NCBI RefSeq assembly: GCF_037042905.1
Contig: NC_087245.1
Coordinates: forward strand, 28,708,001 to 28,772,000
From: Lytechinus pictus
Taxonomy: Eukaryota
DNA: 64,000 bases
Direction of reading: 5' to 3'
How positions within the stretch are numbered: the stretch's first letter is position 1; the number at the start of each line of letters is the position of its first letter. Positions 13,403-30,128 of this stretch are shown piece by piece. The notes beneath the pieces are model-generated. The model had not been told where the DNA came from and searched no databases. It saw only the letters and a list, made by a program, of their open reading frames with translations. A program made the position numbers and the translations under genes.

Positions 13403-15874
13403 TAAAACATTCCCCATAGACTTCTGTGTTAAAATGGCACTTCAGAAAAATTCATAAAAAAATAAATGTGAAATTAGAGGGTCGAATGTTTACTACCTTT
13501 GGATAGGATATATATCTGACATTCCATATCTGACCAGAGAAGGGTATCGTAGCCAGCTCATTTTAAAAATAAATCGCCATTTATGAAGATAACTATGTCT
13601 ATGATGGGATCAAATTCATCAACTGAAACAGTAAAATAGCCCCAATTCTTCCGCCAGTCAAAAAATAGTTCCAAATCATTGATATATCTTCCCAATTTGG
13701 GCAAAGGAAGTTCAGTAGTTACCATTTCTAGAATCAGTGTTAGATTTTGAATCATATTCATACACTTTTGTCAATCAGCAATATCAAATTGAAAAAATTT
13801 GAATGGGTTGGGTCGAACGAATATCTTCAGCCCTCCTGATGTGATTAGGCTCATGGCACCTATTGCGAGGTTAGTATACTATTACCTCGAGCGAAGTTCG
13901 TGCAGGCTCCACTTCACTACCGCTACACTACACTCCACCTACCCGAACTTCGAGACGGTGAACCAGTTCGGATATACCGAGTCACAAAGGTGGGATGGAA
14001 ATCATTTTTATCGTAAAAATTACAGAAAAAAAATATAACGAGAAAGATGAATAACTTAATATCTTACTCTACACCTGTATTTCACTCCGTTTCCATCCTC
14101 CGGTTAATTATCCTCAAAATTGGTGATTTTGGGCCAGTATCTTTTTCCTTGCACGTATTATTCACGGCCGACTTCAAAACATCGCGATCGGTCGCAGGTC
14201 AAACCGATCGCGATCGCATACTGGGGTGGGCCCCAAGTCTGCGCACGCCCACCTAACAATTTGAGTTCAGTTTTAACATGAATTTCTTCTTATTTCACAA
14301 AGTCTTTCAGTTAATAATGTTCCTTATATTATTATGAGTAAGTGTACCAAATTTTCATTGAAAGATGAAAGAAAATATAGGATTTTTTAAAAAAAACCTC
14401 GGTCAGTCATTTTCAGATTGAAAACTCATTCACTTTGCACACGATTGAGGGATTTTGATGAGAAAGGCTGCATTTTGAGGCCGTCACATGAAATGCCCTA
14501 AATTCATTATTTTTCCACTATTTTGAGTCAAAGTTTTTTATGAATACTGTCTATGTATTCTTGTGTAAAGTCTGTTCGTTGCGTATCTTCTTTTAATAGA
14601 ATCGCATCAAATTATATTACATTTTATTCTGAAATCGGGTCGCAGACCAGTCGTAAGGTGTGCGGTGGCCTTAAAACATTCCCCATAGACTTCTGTGTTA
14701 AAATGGCACTTCAGAAAAATTCATAAAAAAATAAATGTGAAATTAGAGGGTCGAATGTTTACTACCTTTGGATAGGATATATATCTGACATTCCATATCT
14801 GACCAGAGAAGGGTATCGTAGCCAGCTCATTTTAAAAATAAATCGCCATTTATGAAGATAACTATGTCTATGATGGGATCAAATTCATCAACTGAAACAG
14901 TAAAATAGCCCCAATTCTTCCGCCAGTCAAAAAATAGTTCCAAATCATTGATATATCTTCCCAATTTGGGCAAAGGAAGTTCAGTAGTTACCATTTCTAG
15001 AATCAGTGTTAGATTTTGAATCATATTCATACACTTTTGTCAATCAGCAATATCAAATTGAAAAAATTTGAATGGGTTGGGTCGAACGAATATCTTCAGC
15101 CCTCCTGATGTGATTAGGCTCATGGCACCTATTGCGAGGTTAGTATACTATTACCTCGAGCGAAGTTCGTGCAGGCTCCACTTCACTACCGCTACACTAC
15201 ACTCCACCTACCCGAACTTCGAGACGGTGAACCAGTTCGGATATACCGAGTCACAAAGGTGGGATGGAAATCATTTTTATCGTAAAAATTACAGAAAAAA
15301 AATATAACGAGAAAGATGAATAACTTAATATCTTACTCTACACCTGTATTTCACTCCGTTTCCATCCTCCGGTTAATTATCCTCAAAATTGGTGATTTTG
15401 GGCCAGTATCTTTTTCCTTGCACGTATTATTCACGGCCGACTTCAAAACATCGCGATCGGTCGCAGGTCAAACCGATCGCGATCGCATACTGGGGTGGGC
15501 CCCAAGTCTGCGCACGCCCACCTAACAATTTGAGTTCAGTTTTAACATGAATTTCTTCTTATTTCACAAAGTCTTTCAGTTAATAATGTTCCTTATATTA
15601 TTATGAGTAAGTGTACCAAATTTTCATTGAAAGATGAAAGAAAATATAGGATTTTTTAAAAAAAACCTCGGTCAGTCATTTTCAGATTGAAAACTCATTC
15701 ACTTTGCACACGATTGAGGGATTTTGATGAGAAAGGCTGCATTTTGAGGCCGTCACATGAAATGCCCTAAATTCATTATTTTTCCACTATTTTGAGTCAA
15801 AGTTTTTTATGAATACTGTCTATGTATTCTTGTGTAAAGTCTGTTCGTTGCGTATCTTCTTTTAATAGAATCGC
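13335..15874. repeat. tandem duplication, 2 x 1269 bp
   Basis: Units 13335-14603 and 14604-15872 are near-identical; identical ORFs recur at +1269. Confidence 0.95.
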
Positions 15875-16406
15875 GCAGATACGCGAGTGTGCAGACAAGG
15901 GGGACTGCACAGACTTACGGGAACTTGCTCTACAACGGATAGACCGTCTCGGCTCAGCGAATCGGAGACCGCTGATTGGCCAATCGCGCAGATCACGTCA
16001 TGACTACGTGGTCGCCAAAATAATTCCTTTGGACTGCGTGCGCAAGTATCGATAGCGATAACGATATCTGGTCACATTGTCTACGCAGGAAATGGTCTTG
16101 GTTCGTGATCGGATCGCTCCAGTATCGATAAAAAATTATCGAGACTCTGCAATTTCATGCATATTCACGTGTAGCCTCTTTTCTAGGCCCTGTCAGCTGC
16201 TTTCTGAGTGAACATGGCTAAGCAAGGGATATAGCGAAGTAGAGCGCCGCGAGACAGGGCCTCTTGACATCTGAGCCGAATTTCACCGACTTTCTTTTGT
16301 TTTTTATTGTTTTTACCAATATTCCGACCAAGAACTGGTCGGTGAAAATCATCCAATGAGAGCGCGGGCCGCTATGACATATTGAATATTCATGAGCTCA
16401 TCTTGA

Positions 16407-18018
16407 ATGGCGACCCGTGGATTCTTGGCGTAGAGTGACGACGAAATATCAAAGAGCATTGAATATGCCTCTAAAATGCTGAATATTGACCGATTTAAAG
16501 GGATGATCCGGGCTGAAAGTATTTATAGCTTAAACTTAAAGGACAAGTTTGAATAAATGGAGAAAAATCAAACAAGCATTATGCTGAAAATTTCATCAAA
16601 ATCGGATGAAAAATAAGAAAGTCATGACATTTTGAAGTTTCGCTTATTTTTCACAAAACAGTGATATGCACAACTCAGTGGCATGCAAATGAGACAGTCG
16701 ATGATGTCCCTCACTCACTATTTCTTTTGTTTCTTATTGTTTGAAAATTTTATACAATATTTCATTTTTTTACAGATTTGAAAATAAGGACCAACTTGAT
16801 TGAACCATATAGAATTAAACAATGCTACTTGCACATGTTCAGGGAGGAATTATTCTTTGTTTCACACGACAACAGGGAGAAAATTTGAATATTTCATATT
16901 TCATGTAATAAAATACAAAAGAAATAGTGAGTGGATGATGTCATCAGTTTCCTCATTTGCATACCGACCAGGATGTGCATATAACTGTTTTGTGAAATTA
17001 AGCGAAACTTTAAAATATCATAACTTTCTTATTTTACAAACGATTTTGATGAAATTTTCAGCGTTGTGCTTGTTGGATTTTTCTCTTTTTATTCGAATAA
17101 ACTTTTTTGGGGGTGGACTTACCCTTTAATAAATAGAGTAGAATTTACTGAGCAAAATGCCGAAAATTTCATCAAAATCGGATAACAAATAACAAAGTTA
17201 TTGAATTTTAAAGTTTAGCAATATTTTGTGAAAACAGTCGTCATGAATATTCATTAGGTGGGCGTCATGAATATTCATTAGGTGGGCTGATGATGTCACA
17301 TCCCCACTTGTTCTTTTGTATTTTATTATATGAAATTAGGTTTATTCAAATTTTTCCTCCAAGAACTAGAAAAATTGGATTGACAACTGATTTAGTGCAT
17401 TAGATATTTATTGCTGCAACTTATTTCATTATAAGGGAGACATATTATTCACACAAGTATGAAATAATGAAAAAATTATGATTTTATGTAATAACATAAG
17501 AAAACGGAAAGTGGAGATGTGACATCATCAGCCCACCTAATGAATATTCATGACGACTGTTTTCACAAAATATTGCTATTAAACTTTAAACTTCGATAAC
17601 TTTATTATTTGTTATCCGATTTTGATGAAATTTTCGGCATTTTGCTCAGTGAATTCTACTCTATGTATTAAGATATAAATATTTTAAGCCCGGACCATCC
17701 CTTTAAGGATTTGCAAGTCGATGAAATTAAATCTGCACTGAAAGGACGAGATGTTTTTGTAAATCTACCCACAGGATATGGAAAAAATTTAATATTTCAT
17801 GCGATTCCACTATGAGTCGATTATCGATCTCCGCTGTGCAGTGAGGGAATGCTGGAGTGGAGTTTCCCCTTGACTCGAGTCTGACCAGCGGCTGACCAGT
17901 ATCTCCCGGGAAGTTTCGGGGCGGTGATGGGTCTGTTACGGCCAATACTAGTAGGAGCAGTAGTAGTACCACTACTTGTAGCATTTTGCTGGTTATATCC
18001 CCTTTAGTGTCCCACAAT
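16407..18018 (+). pseudogene. RecQ/SF2 helicase N-terminal fragment (transposon-borne, disrupted)
   Basis: After removing the insertion at 16499-17706 the frame reads MATRGFLA*SDDEISKSIEYASKMLNIDRFKDLQVDEIKSALKGRDVFVNLPTGYGKNLIFHAIPL* (motif I). A shifted frame at 17980 gives SILLVISPLVS (motif Ia). Confidence 0.75.
16499..17702. mobile_element. Kolobok-like MITE (TTAA TSD) with a second TTAA MITE nested in its left TIR (16540-17125)
   Basis: Long TIR AGGGATG(A/G)TCCGGGCT...; TTAA at 16495-98 and 17703-06. Inner element AGGACAAGT...GGGGTGGACTTACCCT is also bounded by TTAA. Confidence 0.85.
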
Positions 18019-19632
18019 TAAATGAATCCCCTGCCGAATAGTGGACTACTATAGTATTACGAACCCCGGACGAAACAGCTTTGACATTTTATTGGTTTAC
18101 TATAGGTGACCGGTAATATCATGACTCCTGTATATTTATTAGGAAGACGGTCCTCATGAATATATAATTCAGCTCAGATGTCAAGAGGCCCTGGCTCGCG
18201 CCAGGTCTAATTCGCTTTGTGAATTAGGAAATCCCTCGCTTCGCTTGGGAAGCAGCCGCCAGGGCCTCGACAAGAGACTAATTCACACGACGCTCCAAAA
18301 CCTGGAAATCAATTGACTTTGTACACATTGCGATAGACTCTACAAACTCCAACGAACACGATGCTATATCGACGCTAATTCGTAAGATTTTGACCGAAAA
18401 GCAAGAAGTAATCGAAATTCGCTTACCTGTGCGGTATTGGTGAGAAAATAGATCCTCCGTTCTATACAATTTGCCACTGTGACTTGTCATTTCCGACCAA
18501 GACTCAAGAGTCGGTTTTCACAGCGGCCGGTGCGGTGACCCACCACCATCGTTTCACCCGGCTGCGCCCGGGCCGGCTTTTCTGTCGCTCAGATCAGCAC
18601 TGGTGGGGCACATAAATGAGGATTATGAATATGGAAAGCGAACTTCACGTGTGGAATAGATACTCGATCACTCGTTCTGTTTGAATTTATATATCGTTAT
18701 TTTGACAAACGGAATTCAGGGAATTTTTTTTTCAGTTAAAAATAATTGTATGATTAAAATTATTTTTTTCATCGAGTATCTATCCCACACGTGAAGTTTA
18801 TTTTCTTGTTGGTGCATATCGTCTGCTGCTACTCGTGAGTTGATTTGGGTACATAAATTATTTGGTTCGGACATATTATTTTACTTGTTTGTAAGTAAAG
18901 TGCTGAAATATCGGACACTTTAAATTGGACCAAAACAAAAATAGAATCATTGAATCAAATAAAAATCATGTTTATTGAAAACAAGCTTCTGGTAGTAAGT
19001 AAATAATTTCCGTTTACCATAATTTTTTCAATTCTATTTTTTAATGACATTAATATTCAACATTTGTAATGCGGAAATAATGAATAATAAGGTCAAAGGT
19101 CACTCACATGGTAAGGTCAAAGGTCTTTTTGAGGTCATTGTTATGGCATCACTCCACAACCGTAAGTCACTTTTGAACCAATTAACTTGGGTTGTAGCTG
19201 TACTGAGGAGACCTTGTGTTCAGAGGTCATTTTGAGGTCAACATTAAAGTTTATGCACAAGACTATTATGTCAAATGTTATTCCATCCCAGTTATTTTAC
19301 TATGAACTTTTGATACAATTCTGTTGCGTGCCCTTGCATATTACGATATTTCTGGTTACTTTTACAAGTGGGCGAGACACTACATCATTTATGCCTTGTT
19401 GTTTGTACTGTCCTCAAGTTGTGCCATTGTGCCAAAGAACCGGAACCCTGTGTTTGGCGTTTTTATTTTGGGTCCTTCCTCCCAGCCGTATGACTTTCAT
19501 AATCCTAACTCCCTCCATGTGGCAGCCTGTATAGTTTTCTTTTAGTCTAGACTTGTATACATTATGTGTATTTATTTGTTACATTTCCCTTTTGCTGGTG
19601 CAGGGTGCAGCTTGTCATAAAAAAACCTTTGA

Positions 19633-24177
<4,545 letters not shown>

Positions 24178-25309
24178 AGAGAGTTTTTGCTTCCTATAGC
24201 GTGGATACAATCAACTAGGTGTACAATGGACATAGCTAATGAGTCTAATGGCTCTTTGCCCGCTTTGTTCGACTAGGGTCACATACAGCAGACTGCCAAG
24301 TTCAACTCAAGTCACATTCTATTCACAATACACACAGGGTGCATTGAATCTATTGTTCATACTCACAAACACAATAGTGATGTGTGCATCGCATTGTACT
24401 GTGTACACACCAAGCTTTTCTTTACAATAAACCAATCAAAAGCTATTTTGAGCTGAAATAGCTTAGTCCGTGCAAACCCCTCTTCAGGTGGCACCTTGAA
24501 TTTAATGTGGCGCAGGAGTGATTCTGTCCATGGCGGGCAAAGAGTTAAATAGAACATCTACTCTGATATGAAGAACGTTTCCAGAACTAGAAGAAAATAG
24601 AGACGAATAGCAGAGTCACATTTTAAAGCTGATTCAGTTTAAGGAAAACCCTCCGATTTTTATTCATTTATCGAAGCTTTCATTTAAAATGCATTTTTAT
24701 TAGAATTTTCTGAGACTGTCGATGATCTGTCATATATTCACTTTTCTGCAGTTTATGTGGAAACCAATTTGATATCAGAGTGACTTCTATTTAAGGCAGT
24801 TTGGGTAGCGAAAAAGAAGAGTGGCACAAGACTGATAGGATGCTTTGTGTCCAAAACCAGAACATCCAAAATCAAGATCAGATTTGTTAGCAATCAATAT
24901 CTTTATCATGTGACCTAGCTTAATCACATTTCTTATGATTTACCTTTATCTGTTTCTTTTTAAGGCATTTAAAATGGATAAATTTCCAAAGTGCGTTAAA
25001 TGTATATTGTTTTTTTGTAAATTTTTATTATCAAATTATTAAGCTTCATGCTTGAAATTTATCCATCCTAGCGATGTAATAGTACCTAACAAGACATGAT
25101 ACTTTGTATGATTGTGATGTAAGTGATGGCAGTTGAAATTTTAGTCAAATGTCCTGCACTATGTGCTTGCAAAAACAAAACAACCCCCCCCCCAAAAAAA
25201 AAAACATCAGGAAAAACACTGGAAATATGCAGTTGGGGAAAACAATAATCAGGCATATTACAAATTGACCTAAAATTTATATCATGTGAAATATTTTAAA
25301 CTCATTTAA

Positions 25310-25888
25310 AGGACAAGTCCACGCCAACAAAAACTTGACTTGAATAAAAAATAAAAAGCATAACACTGAAAGTTTTATCAAAATCGGATGTAAAATAAGA
25401 AAGTTATGACATTCTGAAGTTTCACTTAATTTCACAAAACAGTTATATGCACTTCCTAGTGAGTATGCAAATGAGGTGACTGATGAAATCATCCACTCAC
25501 TATTTAAAATATGAAATTTTCCAATTTTCTCCACATTACTATGTGAAATAAAGTTTATTTCCTCCCTGAACATGTGGAATAACCATTGTTTTAATGTTTA
25601 ATGGTTCAGTCAAATTGGTCATTACTGTCAAACCTTTAAAAATGGAAATATTGTATAATTCACACCATAAAAAATAAAAGAAATAATGAGTGAGGGACAT
25701 CATTGACTCCTTTTTGAAATATCACAGAGTTGTGCATAAAACTGTTATGTGAAAAATAGGCGAAAGTTTAGAATGTCATAACTCTCTTAATTTATATCCG
25801 ATTTTAAAGAAATTTTAAGCTGTACATATGGTTGTTTGATTTTCCTCTATTGATTCAAATGAAAATTTTTCTGGGGTAGACTTGACCT
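25310..25888. mobile_element. Kolobok-like MITE (same family as 20326)
   Basis: TTAA|AGGACAAGTCCAC...GTAGACTTGACCT|TTAA. Confidence 0.8.
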
Positions 25889-26559
25889 TTAATTACATAT
25901 ATACAAAAAAGTTACTCTACCTAGTGAGTAGCAGAAAATTTACTTCCAGAAAAGGTCTTATAAACTCTTATATGAGTCGTTCTTGTAATGTGAAGTTACG
26001 TGTAGAATATAAAACTTTTTTTATCCCCAATCTTTTTAAATCATTTTCATGTGGACTGCGTTCATGTTTGAAGACGATGCAAATTTATTATATTTTATTT
26101 TCATATTGTACAGCCCAAACACCAGTGATAATTCTGACATCTCATGTAGCACTTAACCTGTTGGAGATTGAATGAATTGACTCTAACACATGTTTCCATA
26201 GACTCCAGCCTGCATATAGGCAGGCTCTGTCTCCATCGGGTTAAGATTGATACTGTTTGTAATCAAGTATAATCTAGTAATATTTTGTCATGTTGACTTA
26301 TCATTACATTGATATGGTGAGATATGTTATCTTGCCATGTCGACATATAAAAAGTTGTATGCCGACATGGTGAGATATGTTTCCCGCCAAGTAAACTTAT
26401 AAAAATGTTTATGTCGATGTGGTGAGATACATAATCTTGCCAGATTGACTTATAAAAAGTTGTATAAAACATGGTGAGATACATTTTCTTGCAAGCTCTA
26501 CTTGTAAAAACTTGTATGTTGCCATGATGAGGTAGGTGGAAGAGAGAAATAATGTAACC

Positions 26560-26730
26560 AGGGGGCCGTTTCATAAAGCTGTTTGTAAGTTAAGAGCGAC
26601 TTTAAGAACGACTGGTGAACGTTTCTTATGCACTTAACCATCGCCAATGAATATACCATTTGCCACAAGAAAGGATTACCAGTTGTTCTTAAAGTCGCTC
26701 TTAATTTACGAACAGCTTTATGAAACACCC
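26560..26730. mobile_element. short MITE (GGGGCCGTTTCATAAAGCTG family); second copy ~63376-63543
   Basis: Inverted termini GTTTCATAAAGCTGTT...AACAGCTTTATGAAAC; two dispersed copies. Confidence 0.7.
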
Positions 26731-27874
26731 ACCCGCTATGACAAGAAACTTTTTGTAAGTCAACTTGGCAGAATCTCACATTGTCGACATAAAAACGCTA
26801 TTGAGTCAACTTTGCAGGATAAAGTATCTTGAGTCGCTTTAAAATGCCATTGGTGTGATCATAATTTTTGTGCTAATGTTTTAAATCTAGTGCTATCTTT
26901 TTACTTGATTCATTGAATGACTCACGTTATCTCTGCTTTTTTCTGTCTGTTTAATTGTGCATTGTAGGTTTTTTTTAATGAAAAAGTTTAATTGAAAATA
27001 TATGTACATATCTATATTTATCTTTTTGCCTCTGTTTGTCTAATTTGTCTGATATGTATTTTTAAAAGTAGGCCTGCATACATAACACAGCTGTTTATTT
27101 GATGAATATAAGCATGCCAATATTTCAAATGGAAATAGATTAATTTACCTAATTCATATTTCTTGGGACTGCATTAATGTTGAGAAAAGTTAGAATTAAT
27201 TTTCACTTAAAAGAGGTAAAAAAAAACATGTCTTGTACTAAGTAGTACAGTTTATAACAGTGTCAGAATTTACATGATTAAAAAGTACACATATGTGACA
27301 TGTTTTTCTAGATTCAATGAATTACTGCAAATATATTGATAAAATGGTAATTCAGAATACGTACAAGATTGAAAATAGATGTGAAGAGTGAGGGGAGAGA
27401 AAAAGGAAGACAAAGCGGTATACCTGTAGAAAGGAGTGAAAGAATATAAGGACATGAGAAGAAGATGAAGGGGGAGGAAGAAGAGGGGGAGGGATGGAGG
27501 AGGAAGAAAAAAAAGAAGGAAAAGGAGGAGGGGTAAAAAGAGCCCCCCAAAAAAAAAAAAAAAAAAAAATTGAAGATAAAATTCAAATAATAATACATTG
27601 CACAAAAATGGATATGCTCCACATTGATAAGCGATTAAATACAAAATTTTGGATTATGGTCAAATAAAATTGAGGAGAGTGACTGGCAAGACACTTTTCT
27701 TCATGAATAATTGAATGTTTTGGTCCTTCCGTACAAAATTGGTTTATGAATATTGCTGCTGGTGCAGAAATCTAACAAACTGAAGTTATGACAAATTGGG
27801 TAATAGAGAGAGAGAGAAAATAAAGTACCAAACAAGACAGTGCTCTAAAATATCCTGACATGAATGCCGTGAAT

Positions 27875-27965
27875 GTTGACGCCCTCTACGTTTATTACCT
27901 GATATACCCCATTAAAAATTCGCGAGAAGCGGAACTGAAGATATAGATCCCGGTAGGCGGTAAGT
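27875..27965 (+). promoter_or_regulatory. candidate promoter / non-coding first exon of paralog B
   Basis: Second copy of the 20-mer, then TTCGCGAGAAG and donor-like CG|GTAAGT at 27960. It lies between the end of gene A and gene B. Confidence 0.4.
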
Positions 27966-29112
27966 GAAATCTTTTTCTAATTTAGGCCTAGCCTATATTT
28001 AGTTTTCATTTTGTAACAAAGCAATAAGATCAGTAAAATTGAAAAGAAAGGCCGGCCTTATCTTGAAATTTGTCATTTCAAGATACTTTGTCAGTGATAT
28101 TTATAATATAAGCGCTAAACGTCGTGTGTATGACTGACTGAGTGAGACTGAACTTCTGAAGTGATGACGTTCTGTCTTGACTTGAGTGTGGTGGAGCTGA
28201 GCCGAGGCACTCGCACGTATTGCGAGGTTAGTTTTAATAGTATGGTAGTGGATTTGAGGGATATTCATCATATTAGGAGGAATTGACTTCACATCGTTTG
28301 GTAAGCAGTAGAGGCGCACGGCCAATATTGGAGACTATCTCCAATGTGGGAGATTATCTCCAATATCAGAGACTTTTGTAAAGAATTTGGGTATCCAATT
28401 TCGGTTACAGCCCGATAGACCGCGGGTCCGATAGACCGCGGGTCCGATAGTCCGCGGGTCCGATATACCGCGGGTCCGATAGACCGCGGGTCCGATAGTC
28501 CGCGGGTCCGATAGACCGCGGGTCCGATAGTCCGCGGGTCCGATAGACCGCGGGTCCGATAGACCGCGGGTCCGATAGTCCTCGGGTCCGATAGTCCGCA
28601 GTGTGTGTAAAATTATGGTCAGGATATAGTGAGATCCAATGCCATCAAGAGGTCAAAAGGCCAATGATACGAGTCCATGGGGTTCTATAACGATGACCCA
28701 AAGGACAATCGCCCCCTGACATCTACTTCAAGGAAAATATTATCCCCATATTTTTATCGTCAGGGACTGTTACCCCCCCCCCCCCCGGAAATTTACCCTC
28801 TAGACGCCATACGGAGCCTCTAAAATGCCATCGACTTGACGACATGGCGAGATAATTTATCTTGCCATGTCGACTAAATAAGCTTATTATGTCCGCATGG
28901 CGCGATACGTTATCCTGCCACTTATAAAAAGTTATATGTCAACATGGGGAGATATTTTATCTTGCCAAGTCGACTTAAATAAGTTACATGTCAACATAGC
29001 GATATATCGGGATTCTCGCCGGGACTTGTACACTTCATATCTCGCCATGTGGACATATCGACTTGACAAGATAGAATATATCGCTATGTCGAAATAATAA
29101 GCGTATTAATTA

Positions 29113-29442
29113 CTTAGGCGGTGGAAGCGGGGGGGGGGGGGGGACCTTTCCCCCCTAAATTTGAGGTGGGGGACGGTCCCCCCTAGATTTTTAGTTGAGA
29201 ACCTTTTTTTTTGCTTGTCAATTTGTTTTCTACGTCCCCCCCCTAAATTAAGGTGGACCCCCCCTAAAATCTTTTTGTCCCCCTCCCCCTAATTTTGGTT
29301 GATAACCTTTTTTTTCTTGTCAAAAAATTTTGGTGGTCCTTCCTATAAATTTTGGTTGACTTGCTTGTCAAATTTTTTACCTGTGTCCATCCCAAAATTT
29401 CAGGTGGACCCCCCTAATTTTTTTTGCCTTCCGCCGCCAATG
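29113..29442. mobile_element. hAT-like MITE nested in a TACGGAGCC-terminated element (28810-29484)
   Basis: 8-bp TSD ATTAATTA; TIR C(T/A)T(A/T)GGCGG(T/C)GGAAG. Confidence 0.75.
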
Positions 29443-30128
29443 ATTAATTAAGACATGGCAAGATGGCATTTTCAAGGCTCCGTACTAGGGGTAATTATCC
29501 GGGGTAATTGTCTGGAGGGTAAATTTCCGGGGGGGGGGTATCAGTCCCCGGCGGTAAAAATATGGGGATAATATTTTCCTTGAAGTAGTTGTCAGGGGGT
29601 GATTGCCCTAATTGGGTTATTGTTATAGAACCCAGGCGCGGATCCAGGATTTCGTGGGGAAGGGGGGGGGGCCAAATTTGACCTGATTTTTGGTGCCCAT
29701 ATGTGTACTTTTCGAAAAAAAGCGCCCACTCCCTCCCGGGAAGGCTAAATTAAGTGCCTTAAATGGATTTTGAATTATCTTATAATCACATAAAAAAAAA
29801 TAAAGACCACTTTTTCATGTGTTCTTGAAAAAAAAAATCCATAAATATATAATGTAATATCAATGGGAGCGCGAAGCACGAGTGATTTTTTTTTTTTTTT
29901 TTTTTTGGGGGGGTTTCAATTTGGTTTAACTTCTAACCAGAGTAGGCCCTACTAGAATATTGTGTGAACGGGAGCTGTAGTTTCTGTACTGTTGTGTTAG
30001 AATACCCTTCAATAATATTAATGATAACCTCTTGGGAATAATGCAATCTCGAAGCAATCGACTAATTCTCCTCATCAGTGGCGTATTTATTCAGCATGGG
30101 TGCACGGGGGGGGGGGGGGGGGTGGCGA

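Larger units (their letters stand above)
16172..18280 (+). mobile_element. AcademH-type non-autonomous DNA transposon with RecQ-like helicase remnant
   Basis: TAG termini (TAGCCTCTTTTCTAGGCCCTG vs reverse complement TAGTCTCTTGTCGAGGCCCTG); second inverted block CAGGGCCTCTTGACATCTGAGC; 9-bp TSD ATTCACGTG/ATTCACACG; helicase motifs inside. Confidence 0.8.

Noticed and set aside
15975..16012. CCAAT plus TCACGTCA as an ERSE/UPRE stress element for gene A
   Set aside because: Spacing does not match CCAAT-N9-CCACG, the site is wedged between transposons, and it is not seen at the other paralogs.
28412..28599. CRISPR-like arrays (16-bp repeat here; GCGAGCGCGAAGCGCGAGC motif at 30-35 kb)
   Set aside because: No unique constant-length spacers, no cas genes, eukaryotic context; both lie within TIR elements.
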